In this document: piece by piece, positions 1-8,408 of the stretch
Numbering within the stretch: the stretch's first letter is position 1
How the letters are laid out: each line of letters opens with the position of its first letter
NCBI GenBank assembly: GCA_963790305.1
Contig: CAWBOC010000010.1
Coordinates: 32,001 to 96,000, forward strand
Length of the DNA stretch: 64,000 bases
Direction of reading: 5' to 3'
DNA from: an uncultured Gemmatimonadaceae bacterium
Lineage (GTDB): Bacteria > Gemmatimonadota > Gemmatimonadetes > Gemmatimonadales > Gemmatimonadaceae
Program-made: the position numbers and the translations under genes
Notes under the pieces: model-generated
Databases searched by the model: none
What the model was told of the DNA's origin: nothing
Seen by the model: only the letters and a program-made list of their open reading frames with translations

Positions 1-1
1 A

Positions 2-484
2 CGCTCCGGTGACGGTGAACCCGTGCACCATTCCTTTCGCGAAGTGCGGCACCTTGTCCGGCGTGTCGACGAAGCAGATGAGCGCATAGTTCCCGGGCGC
101 CAGATCGACCGTCGCATTGGCCTCCGCACCTGGATCGGGGACGTTCGGGCCGCCGATGAAGGTCACCCATGTCGGCGGCGGGCCCGGTGTCTTGAACGCC
201 GCCTGGAGGTCGGCGGCGGTCTTGCCGTCATCCAGCCTGGCGATCGTTGCATGATGGATCTGCTGTCCGGCTCCCTTGAGCACGAACTTCGTGAGTCCAG
301 CCGGAATCTGCGCCGGTGCGTCGAACTTGTAATCGTTGGCGACGACCGTGACGACGTTGGGCATCGCATGCCCCGCGTGCTCGGCCGCGGAATCGGCGGT
401 GGCGGCCTGGTCGGTCTCGCTCATGACGCAGGCGCCAAGGACCGCGGCCGCGGCGGCGGCAGCGAGAAGTGAACGGATGTGCAT
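2..484 (-). CDS. Cupredoxin-like lipoprotein, 3' end runs off the window
   Basis: Manual translation (not in ORF track): MHIRSLLAAAAAAAVLGAC lipobox, then QIHH...PGNYALICFVDTPDKVPHFAKGMVHGFTV, giving the H/C/H/M type-1 copper ligand pattern. Confidence 0.75.
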   Translation of the reverse strand, partial: MHIRSLLAAAAAAAVLGACVMSETDQAATADSAAEHAGHAMPNVVTVVANDYKFDAPAQIPAGLTKFVLKGAGQQIHHATIARLDDGKTAADLQAAFKTPGPPPTWVTFIGGPNVPDPGAEANATVDLAPGNYALICFVDTPDKVPHFAKGMVHGFTVTGA

Positions 485-556
485 GGTCTGGTCTTGGGGT
501 TGGTTGGGTTGGAGGGTTCTGGTCGAACATCAATACGGGTGCGGGTTTCACTCGGC

Positions 557-666
557 AAGGTTGTCTAGGTCGTCGAGGTCGTCGAGGTCGTCGAGGTGAT
601 CAAGGGAAGGTGGTCAAGGTGTTACCTGGACCACATCGACATCCTCGATGACCTCGACGACCTCGA
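557..666. repeat. Tandem-arm hairpin element, 9-mer family A (GAGGTCGTC / GACGACCTC)
   Basis: (GTCGAGGTC)n GAGGTGATCAAGG, spacer, then CCTGGACCACATCGACATCCTCGATGACCTCGACGACCTCG; lies between divergent genes. Confidence 0.9.
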
Positions 667-719
667 AGTTCGGCACACCCATTGCCCCCGCACGGTAGCG
701 TACCCTTTCGGAGTCTTAA

Positions 720-971
720 ATGGACATCCTCACCTGGATCATCGTCGGGCTGGTCGCCGGAGTGCTCGCGTCGCTTGTCGTGGGCGGCGGCTTCGGAATC
801 ATCGCTGACATCGTCATCGGGATCGTCGGTGCGTTCGTCGGCGCCTGGCTGTTCCGCACACTGGGCGTGAACAGCCCCTTCGGCGGAATGGCGGGGACGA
901 TTTTCATCGCCTTCGTGGGCGCGTGTGTGCTGTTGCTGATTCTGAGAGCGTTTCGCCGGCGCAGCGTCTAG
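720..971 (+). CDS. GlsB/YeaQ/YmgE family (transglycosylase-associated) small membrane protein
   Basis: 83 aa, WIIVGLVAGVLA...IVIGIVGAFVG...AFVGACVLL glycine-rich TM pattern; GGAG RBS. Confidence 0.92.
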   Translation: MDILTWIIVGLVAGVLASLVVGGGFGIIADIVIGIVGAFVGAWLFRTLGVNSPFGGMAGTIFIAFVGACVLLLILRAFRRRSV

Positions 972-977
972 CGCCAA

Positions 978-1062
978 AGGGTGTCGAGGGTGTGGAGGTG
1001 ATCGAGGAGAAGCAACGAATTTCCCTCGATCACCTCGACACCCTCGACATCCTGGACGACCT
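978..1062. repeat. Tandem-arm hairpin element, family A
   Basis: GAGGTGATCGAGG, 16-nt spacer, CCTCGATCACCTC, with 9-nt outer units; fills the convergent junction. Confidence 0.9.
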
Positions 1063-1067
1063 CTGCC

Positions 1068-2111
1068 TCACTGATACGGCCTCAAATTCCACTCCAGGAA
1101 CGCCCACGTGCGGTTCCAGGAGTCGCGCTGCTCCGGGGTGTCCTCCCGCTCGAGCGTCTCCCGATTCACGCGGCGCGAAAAGCTGTGACCGCTCGGCGGA
1201 TCGACATACACCTTCGTCTCCGCCAGGTCGGGCTTCTTCGCCCGCAGCGCGCTGATGATCTGCTCGCCTTCGACGAAGTTCACGTCGTCGTCATTTGTCG
1301 CCACGTGCACCAGCAGCGGCACTTGCAGCTTGTCGACGTGGTAGAGCGGTGAGCGCTCGACGTAAATCTCCCGTTTCTCGAAGGGCAGCCCGCCAATGCG
1401 GCGTTGCGTGGCAAAGTTGCGCTGATAGTTGGGACCCTTGTACGAGAGCCGGAAGATGAGATTGGTGACCGGCACGATCGCCACGCCGGCCTTGAAGGGA
1501 TGCGACTCCCGGAAGAGCAGGAGATTCGTGATGTAGCCGCCGTGGCTCCAGCCCATGATGCCGATGCGAGCCGGATCGACGTGTGGGAGCCGCTTCAGGT
1601 AATCGACCGCCGTCAGCACATCGTCGAGCTCGTACCCGCCGTAGTCGATCGCATTGTGAAACTCGCGGCCGTATCCCGTGCTCCCACGGTAGTCGGGGGC
1701 GATCACGACGTACCCGCGCTCAACCGCCTCGCGCACGAAGGGCCAGGCCGTCTCCGTCCAGCTTCCGTGCACACCGCCGTGTACCCACACCATCGCCGCG
1801 TGTCGCCGAGGGCCGCGCTTGTTGAGTGGCTGAAAGACGTACGCCGGGATGTCCATGTCGCCGACGCTGCTACGGTATGTCACCTTCTGATAGTCGACGA
1901 CCCCGCGAGTACGCGCGCGATAAATGCTGTCTGTGCGCGCCTTGGCCGCCATGTCACGAGCGAAATCGCGCGGAGGGTGGTCCTCCCAATTGTCGCTGAC
2001 GTAGAGAGAATCGGCACGAGTCACTGGGCGGGCTCGCTGCCCGTCCTGCGCCGGTGCGATGTTGACGCAGGAGATCAGGACGGCAGTGCCGAGCAGGAAT
2101 GCAAGCCTCAT
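1068..2111 (-). CDS. Secreted S9 (prolyl oligopeptidase family) serine peptidase
   Basis: Signal peptide MRLAFLLG; HGGVH, DYRGSTGYG, nucleophile GWSHGG, DDDV, GHSF. Confidence 0.9.
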   Translation of the reverse strand: MRLAFLLGTAVLISCVNIAPAQDGQRARPVTRADSLYVSDNWEDHPPRDFARDMAAKARTDSIYRARTRGVVDYQKVTYRSSVGDMDIPAYVFQPLNKRGPRRHAAMVWVHGGVHGSWTETAWPFVREAVERGYVVIAPDYRGSTGYGREFHNAIDYGGYELDDVLTAVDYLKRLPHVDPARIGIMGWSHGGYITNLLLFRESHPFKAGVAIVPVTNLIFRLSYKGPNYQRNFATQRRIGGLPFEKREIYVERSPLYHVDKLQVPLLVHVATNDDDVNFVEGEQIISALRAKKPDLAETKVYVDPPSGHSFSRRVNRETLEREDTPEQRDSWNRTWAFLEWNLRPYQ

Positions 2112-2119
2112 TCGTGAGC

Positions 2120-2161
2120 TCCAGGTCATCGAGGTCGTCGAGGTTGTCCAGGTGGTCAAGG
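2120..2161. repeat. Family A element, left arm only
   Basis: TCCAGGTCATCGAGGTCGTCGAGGTTGTCCAGGTGGTCAAGG; right arm degenerate. Confidence 0.8.
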
Positions 2162-2230
2162 CCACTTCCTCAATTCTGGGTCCTGCGTCATGATGTGTCA
2201 TCCGTCCCACACAAAGGCAACCCGGTTTCC

Positions 2231-3823
2231 ATGCGTCCTCTTGCGTTGCTCATCGGCGTCCTCGCGGCGTGTGCACCTCCCGCGACCGTTCGCACGACCA
2301 CTCCTGCCTACGACCTGCTGATCGCCGGCGGCACGGTCATCGATGGCACCGGTGCCGCCCGCTATCGAGCCGACGTGGCGATCAGCGGCGGTCGCGTCGC
2401 TCTCGTCTCCCGCACCACACTCGCGCCCTCCACCGCACGGCGGACAATCGATGCGACGGGCCTCATCGTCGCTCCCGGGTTCATCGACTTGCATGCGCAC
2501 CTCGAGCCGCTCCTGCAAATGCCGGATGCGGAGAGCCACCTTCGCCAAGGCGTGACCACCGCGCTCGGCGGCCCCGACGGAGGCGGCCCATGGCCGCTGG
2601 CCGCCTACCTCGACTCGGCCCAGTCGTTAGGTATGGGTATGAACGTCGCCTTCCTGATCGGCCACAACACCGTCCGGCGCAACGTCATGCACCTTGCCGA
2701 TCGCGACCCGACGGCGGCCGAGCTCGAGCAGATGCGTGCGATGGTCGCGCAGGGGATGCACGAAGGGGCGTTCGGACTTTCAACCGGGTTGCGCTACCTC
2801 CCCGGCACGTTCTCCAAGACGGACGAAGTCGTCGCGCTGTCCAAGGCGGCCGCCGACTCGGGCGGCATCTACACGTCGCACCTGCGCGCCGAAGGCCTCG
2901 GCGTCATCGAGGGTGTGGCCGAGGCGATCGAGATCGGCCGTCGGGCGGGCATTACGGTGGTACTGACGCATCACAAGGTGATCGGGAAGGAGATGTGGGG
3001 CCAAAGCGTGCGCACCTTGGCGATGGTCGACAGCGCGCGCAATGCCGGCGTCGATGTGCGCATCGATCAGTATCCGTACACGGCGACATCGACGGGGATT
3101 GGCGTTCTCGTGCCGACGTGGGCGCTCGCCGGCGGCGATACCGCCTTCGAGCGGCGCCTGAAGGACTCGGCGCTTCGCGACAGCATATCACGCGGAATCG
3201 TGGAGCTCCTGCTCACCGATCGCGGAGGCGGCGATCTCGCTCGTGTGCAGTTCGCCGGCGTTTCGTGGCAGCGCTCGCTCGAAGGACGCACGCTCAAGGA
3301 CTGGGCTGTCGAGCGAGGTCTATCGCCGACGCCACAGGCCGGCGCAGAGCTCGTGATCGAGGCGGTGCAGCGCGGCGGTGCCTCCGCGATCTATCACGTG
3401 CTCGATGAGCCCGACGTCGAGCGCATCATGCGGCACCCGCAGACGATGATCGCCTCCGATGGCCGGCTCTCACGGCTTGGCAGCGGTCATCCGCATCCGC
3501 GTAACTACGGCACGTTCCCGCGTGTGCTCGGGCGGTACGTTCGCGAGCGCAAGATCCTCACGCTCGAGAGCGCCATCCAGAAGATGACGGGAATGCCTGC
3601 GGCGGCGCTTCGACTCAACGACATTGGCCTAGTGCGCGTCGGCGCACGCGCCGACCTGGCGATCTTCAACGCGGACTCGGTCGCCGATCTCGCCACCTTC
3701 CAGGAGCCGCATCAGTATCCGGCAGGCATTCCGTACGTGATCGTGAACGGCACGGTCGCCGTTGACGGTGGCCGGTTCACCGGCGCTCGTGCGGGTCGCG
3801 TACTGAGGCGGGGACGTCCATGA
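2231..3823 (+). CDS. N-acyl-D-amino-acid deacylase (D-aminoacylase) family amidohydrolase, lipoprotein
   Basis: LAAC lipobox; PGFIDLHAH, GLSTGLRYLPG, SHLR, DQYPYTA, SDG, HPRNYGTFPRVLG. Confidence 0.92.
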   Translation: MRPLALLIGVLAACAPPATVRTTTPAYDLLIAGGTVIDGTGAARYRADVAISGGRVALVSRTTLAPSTARRTIDATGLIVAPGFIDLHAHLEPLLQMPDAESHLRQGVTTALGGPDGGGPWPLAAYLDSAQSLGMGMNVAFLIGHNTVRRNVMHLADRDPTAAELEQMRAMVAQGMHEGAFGLSTGLRYLPGTFSKTDEVVALSKAAADSGGIYTSHLRAEGLGVIEGVAEAIEIGRRAGITVVLTHHKVIGKEMWGQSVRTLAMVDSARNAGVDVRIDQYPYTATSTGIGVLVPTWALAGGDTAFERRLKDSALRDSISRGIVELLLTDRGGGDLARVQFAGVSWQRSLEGRTLKDWAVERGLSPTPQAGAELVIEAVQRGGASAIYHVLDEPDVERIMRHPQTMIASDGRLSRLGSGHPHPRNYGTFPRVLGRYVRERKILTLESAIQKMTGMPAAALRLNDIGLVRVGARADLAIFNADSVADLATFQEPHQYPAGIPYVIVNGTVAVDGGRFTGARAGRVLRRGRP

Positions 3824-5085
3824 TGTTCTATTTGCTGCTGATCGCGCTTGCATCGGCACTGGCGGCGTGCGTCGGCGCGCAGACGCCGACGGCTCCATCC
3901 CCGGCGACGATCGCCACACGGCCCGCCGTGCGCGCCGCCCTCGACAAGCTCCGGGCCGACAATGCCTGGACGCTCGAGCAGCAGGTCTCGATCTGTGAGA
4001 TCCCCGCACCGCCGTTCGCGGAGGCGAAGCGCGCCGAGGAGTTTCGCCGCCGCCTCCTCGCGCTCGGCCTGACTGATGCGCGCATAGACGCGGAGGGGAA
4101 CGTCATTGCGAGGCGACGTGGCGCGGCACGCCATCCGGCGGTGGTTCTCTCGGGTCACCTCGACACCGTGTTTCCCGAGAGCACGAACGTCAGTGTCACG
4201 CGTCAGGGAATGCTCTTCAAAGGGCCGGGCATTGGCGACGATTGTCGCGGTCTGGCTGTTCTGTTGACGGTGGCCCGCGCTCTTGGCAGCGCGGGGGTAC
4301 AGACGCAAGGCGACATTCTCTTCGTCGGCACGGTCGGCGAGGAAGGGCCGGGCAACCTGCGCGGCGTCCGTCATCTTTTCACCAAGGAAATGAAGGATTC
4401 GATCGACTACTTCATTTCCGTCGACGGGACCGGGCTGGGCCTAACGAATCGTGCCGTGGGAAGTCATCGCTATCGCGTGACCTACGAGGGGCCGGGCGGC
4501 CACAGCTACGGCGAGTTCGGGATGCCGAACCCGGCGCACGCGCTTGGCCGCGCGATCGCGGGAATCGCCGAGCTCCGCGTTCCCCAGGATCCGAAGACGA
4601 CGTTCAACGTCGGCGTGATCGACGGTGGAACGTCGGTGAACTCGATTCCAGCGGCGGCGGCAATGGATGTCGACCTGCGGTCCGTGTCTCCCGCCGCGCT
4701 CGACTCGCTCGATGCCGGTTTCCGCCTCGCGCTGCGTCACGCCCTGGACGCCGAGCATGCGCGGTGGCCCGAGTCGCGTGTCCGGCTGCGGATGCGGATC
4801 GATACGACCGGCATTCGTCCAGCCGGATCACAGGCCGACACCGCCCGTATCGTGCGGGCCGGGCGGGAAGCCGCGCGCGCGCTGGGCTTTACGAGCGAGC
4901 TCGCCGCCGGCAGCACCGATGCCAACCTCCCGATGAGCCTTGGCGTTCCCGCGATCACGATCGACGGGGGCGGTACGGGGCGCGGCGCGCATTCACTCGC
5001 GGAGGAGTACGACGACGGCGAGCGAGGATGGCTGGGGCCGCAGTGGGCGGCGCTTTTAGTGCTGAGTCTGGTGGGAGTACGATGA
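3820..5085 (+). CDS. M20/M25/M40 family metallohydrolase, secreted
   Basis: SGHLDTV, GIGDD, VGEEG, GPGGHS, GSTDAN, AHS motifs; ATGA overlap with the upstream gene. Confidence 0.9.
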   Translation: MMFYLLLIALASALAACVGAQTPTAPSPATIATRPAVRAALDKLRADNAWTLEQQVSICEIPAPPFAEAKRAEEFRRRLLALGLTDARIDAEGNVIARRRGAARHPAVVLSGHLDTVFPESTNVSVTRQGMLFKGPGIGDDCRGLAVLLTVARALGSAGVQTQGDILFVGTVGEEGPGNLRGVRHLFTKEMKDSIDYFISVDGTGLGLTNRAVGSHRYRVTYEGPGGHSYGEFGMPNPAHALGRAIAGIAELRVPQDPKTTFNVGVIDGGTSVNSIPAAAAMDVDLRSVSPAALDSLDAGFRLALRHALDAEHARWPESRVRLRMRIDTTGIRPAGSQADTARIVRAGREAARALGFTSELAAGSTDANLPMSLGVPAITIDGGGTGRGAHSLAEEYDDGERGWLGPQWAALLVLSLVGVR

Positions 5086-5132
5086 GAACGCGGAATGCGG
5101 ATTACTGATTCCGCATTCCGCATTCCGTATTC
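5086..5132. repeat. Tandem-arm hairpin element, 7-mer family B (GCGGAAT / ATTCCGC)
   Basis: GAACGCGGAATGCGGATT ACTG ATTCCGCATTCCGCATTCCGTATTC between two convergent stop codons. Confidence 0.9.
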
Positions 5133-5137
5133 TCTTC

Positions 5138-6018
5138 TCACCCCGCCTTCCGAATCTCCGCCCCGCCGCTGCCGGACACGATCGTGATCCGGCGTCCACC
5201 GCCACCGATCGTAGCGCGGAGACGGCGCGGGTCGAGACGACCCTCCACGCGAAGCGGGAAATCGCTTTCGAGGCGACCGTTGGGGAGGCGAGCGTCGATC
5301 TCGCCCTCGAAGTTCGCGGGAAGTGAAACGACGACGTCGCCATTGCCGGTTCGGAACGCCATGTCCGCCACGCCCGTCAGCGACGCCATGCGCGCATCAA
5401 TACTGCCGTTGCCCGTGGAGGCGGAGACTGGACCGCTGCGCGTCGTCACGCGGATGTCGCCGTTGCCGCTGCGTGCCGTGACCTCGCCGCCGGCCTCGCT
5501 GACCTCGATATCGCCATTGCCTGACGAGGCCGAGACCGGGCCCCCGCTCGAATGCCACACTCACCGCGCCGTTTCCGGATGCGGCGTGCACCTGCGCCGT
5601 CGCGCCGCTGATCAACACCTCACCGTTGCCGGACAGCGCCCGAATCTTCACGCCCCTCGGCAAACGCACCTCGAAGTCGACGCTTCCCTCGCCATCGTGG
5701 CTCCACTTCCGGGAGGAGCGAACGCCCTCGGCGTCGCACTGCGAGCCCTCGAAGTAAGCACAGAATGGTGACGTCGTCGCCGTTTCGCAGTGTCGTGATG
5801 CGAAGGTCGGCCGCATCGTCGCCGCTCTTGCGGCCAATGACCTCGACCTGGTCGCCCGAGGCCGCGGTGACCCGAATGTCGCCGTGAGTAGAATGCACGC
5901 GAAGCCACGCACCGGACGGTACGCGCTCGCTGAATCTGAAATCACGATCCCGTTCCTGCGCTCCCGCGATGGCGGGCATGGCGAGTGCAGTTACGAGGAG
6001 GATGACGCTCTGACGCAT
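5138..6018 (-). CDS. DUF4097 family beta-strand repeat (adhesin-like) secreted protein, two apparent frameshifts (~5760, ~5560)
   Basis: Signal peptide MRQSVILL; repeated SGNG/TGNG units continue across three ORF pieces. Confidence 0.8.
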
Positions 6019-6178
6019 GGACAACTCCGTGAACGGTCGCAGATGTGACAGCGAGAACAGGGCCGGGGTTTGAACCACCTGGCGCATCGGCATCTACGTC
6101 AGAGGCATGATGGAGTTAGCACCCGTTCCACGGCAACTACGCAGGTTCCCTCGACAACCGAACCAGAGGATTCCTCCC

Positions 6179-6361
6179 ATGGCACAGGACAAGAAGCTCA
6201 CCTGCGAGGCGTGCGGCACCGAGTTCAGCTCGCCCGAGCAGCTCGACCAGCACAACCGCCGCGAGCACTCGCACGAGGCCCAGCCCAAGTCGCCGCTTTC
6301 GACGGAGACATCGTCCCCCCGTCGCGAGGACCGCACGGCGGGACCGGAATCGGTCGAGTAA
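6179..6361 (+). CDS. 60-aa protein with one classical C2H2 zinc finger
   Basis: CEACGTEFSSPEQLDQHNRREH matches C-x2-C-x3-F-x5-L-x2-H-x4-H; GAGGA RBS upstream. Confidence 0.75.
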   Translation: MAQDKKLTCEACGTEFSSPEQLDQHNRREHSHEAQPKSPLSTETSSPRREDRTAGPESVE

Positions 6362-6376
6362 GGCCGGCTCGGCCCT

Positions 6377-6946
6377 CTAGCGGTCGCCTGAGCCGGCTTC
6401 GAACTCAGGCGCGTCGACGCGGCGGACGTCGCCGAGCTCCACGCGTCCGCCCGTCGCCATCGCCTTCATCACCTTGAACAAGGCGATGACGCGAGGGGTG
6501 TCGGATTTCATGTACGTCGCCTCCCTCGCCTCGATCTCGATCAGCAGGATGCGCGGATCGTCGGGGCCTCCGTCCCGCTCGCCACCTTCATCACCCAGGT
6601 ACGCCTTCCAATCCTTCTGGTAGACCTCGTGAATCAGCGCGCGGTCGCTGGAAAGAGTCGCGATACCGCTCACCGAGACCCATTCGCGGGACTTGTTGTT
6701 GTAGTATGCGATGTTGACCTGCGGGTGGCGCCTCAAGACGTCGGCCTTGTGTGTCTCGGTGCTGGTCATGAACCACAGGTCCACGCCATCGCGACGCTTC
6801 TGTGTGGCCATGGGACGGGAAGTCAACATTCCATCGGCCTCGATGGTCGTCAACATGGCGATCTCGATCCCCTCGATGAGCTCATAGAGCTCGTCGAGCT
6901 TCTTGTCGGACGAAACGGAATCGGCAAGAGGCTTTTGCTGCGGCAT
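6377..6946 (-). CDS. Pyridoxamine 5'-phosphate oxidase family / general stress protein 26-like FMN-binding split barrel
   Basis: IAMLTT...SRPMATQ...LWFMT...WVSVSG...GPDDP. Confidence 0.88.
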   Translation of the reverse strand: MPQQKPLADSVSSDKKLDELYELIEGIEIAMLTTIEADGMLTSRPMATQKRRDGVDLWFMTSTETHKADVLRRHPQVNIAYYNNKSREWVSVSGIATLSSDRALIHEVYQKDWKAYLGDEGGERDGGPDDPRILLIEIEAREATYMKSDTPRVIALFKVMKAMATGGRVELGDVRRVDAPEFEAGSGDR

Positions 6947-7000
6947 GGGTATCTCAATTTGAATTAGGTAGTTCTGGAAAAGGCGATTCCTGTGCCACCT

Positions 7001-7086
7001 CAGGTTGTCGAGGTCGGCGAGGATGTCGAGGTGATCCACGTGAAGTCACCTCGACCACCTCGACATCCTCGACGACCTGGACAACT
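7001..7086. repeat. Tandem-arm hairpin element, family A
   Basis: Four 9-nt units in each arm, short loop; between divergent genes, ends 8 nt before the namZ ATG. Confidence 0.9.
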
Positions 7087-7094
7087 CTTTTGAA

Positions 7095-8315
7095 ATGATT
7101 CCCTCCGCCCTCGCGCTATTCGCTCTGACGTTCGCCGTCCCGCAAGCGTCGCCTGCTCCCGCGGCCGCGGTCAGCCCGGGGGTCGAGCAATTCCTCGCCG
7201 ACGTTCCCTCGGTGATCCGAGGCAAGCGGGTGGGACTCATCACGAATCACACCGGCGTCGACGCACGTGGCGTCAGCATCATCGACCGCCTGTTCGCATC
7301 CCGGGATGTGAAGCTGGTCGCCCTCTTCGCGCCGGAGCACGGGATCCGCGGCACCGCCGCCGACGGAGCGAAGATCTCATCAGGCGTCGATCGCAAGACC
7401 GGCCTGCCGATCTTCTCGCTCTACGGAGATGTGCGCCGGCCGACGCCACGCATGCTCGCCAACGTCGATGCGCTGCTATTCGACATGCAGGACGTCGGTG
7501 CTCGGCCCTACACCTACATCTCGACAATGGGGCTGGCGATGCGCGCGGCAAAGGAGAAGGGAATTCCCTTCGTCGTGCTCGATCGCCCCAACCCGATCGG
7601 CGGGCACATCGTCGAGGGAAGCATTCTCGACACCGCGTTCAGGTCCTTCACCGGGATGTACCCGATCGCGCTGCGACACGGAATGACCATCGGCGAGCTC
7701 GCGCAAATGTTCAACGACCGATTCGATATTCGCGCCCAGCTGATCGTCGTTCCAATGCTCGGCTGGAAGCGCGAGATGTGGTTCGATGAGACGGGGCTGC
7801 CGTGGGTGAATCCATCGCCGAACATTCGCCGCCTCGAGACGGCGATTCACTATCCCGGTACCGTCTTCGTCGAGGCGACCAATCTGTCGGAAGGGCGGGG
7901 CACGGACCGGCCGCTCGAGCAGGCGGGTGCGCCATGGCTTCGCGCACGGGCTGTCGCCGACTCGATGAACGCGATGGCCCTCCCCGGCGTCCGTTTCGAG
8001 GCGACGCGATTGACGTCGGTGCGAGGCACGGCGAAGTACGGTGGTCTTGCGATACCGGCCGTGCGATTCGTCATCACCGATCGTGAGGCATACCGCCCGG
8101 TGCGCACGGCCCTCCAGCTCATCGACCTCGTCAGACGCATGCATCCGGGCACCTTTCGGTGGCAGGAGCGTGGCGCCGGCGTCGATCGCCTGGCGGGAAC
8201 GGGCGAGCTCCGGAGATCGATCGAGCAGGGCCGGCTAGTGCGACTGCTCGGCGACTGGGAGGCAGAGGCGCGGGAGTTTCTCGCTCTGAGGCGGGAGTAC
8301 CTCCTTTACGAGTGA
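7095..8315 (+). CDS. namZ: DUF1343 family exo-beta-N-acetylmuramidase NamZ-like
   Basis: GLITNHTG, FAPEHG, SLYG, DMQDVG, LDRPNP, RHGMTIGELA, PSPN, SEGRGT. Confidence 0.9.
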   Translation: MIPSALALFALTFAVPQASPAPAAAVSPGVEQFLADVPSVIRGKRVGLITNHTGVDARGVSIIDRLFASRDVKLVALFAPEHGIRGTAADGAKISSGVDRKTGLPIFSLYGDVRRPTPRMLANVDALLFDMQDVGARPYTYISTMGLAMRAAKEKGIPFVVLDRPNPIGGHIVEGSILDTAFRSFTGMYPIALRHGMTIGELAQMFNDRFDIRAQLIVVPMLGWKREMWFDETGLPWVNPSPNIRRLETAIHYPGTVFVEATNLSEGRGTDRPLEQAGAPWLRARAVADSMNAMALPGVRFEATRLTSVRGTAKYGGLAIPAVRFVITDREAYRPVRTALQLIDLVRRMHPGTFRWQERGAGVDRLAGTGELRRSIEQGRLVRLLGDWEAEAREFLALRREYLLYE

Positions 8316-8408
8316 CGGGGAGGACGAACGCGAGCCCGGGTGTACGGGTTTGGTGAGTTGTCCCCAGCCTGGCTGGCCTGTGACACGAAAAATTCGCACT
8401 TTGTTGAC

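Noticed and set aside
557..666. 9-mer arrays as CRISPR repeats or as short Ser/Arg- or Asp/Leu-rich ORFs
   Set aside because: Units are contiguous without spacers, and ORF-track peptides such as SRSSRSSR and LDDLDDL are just translations of the repeat
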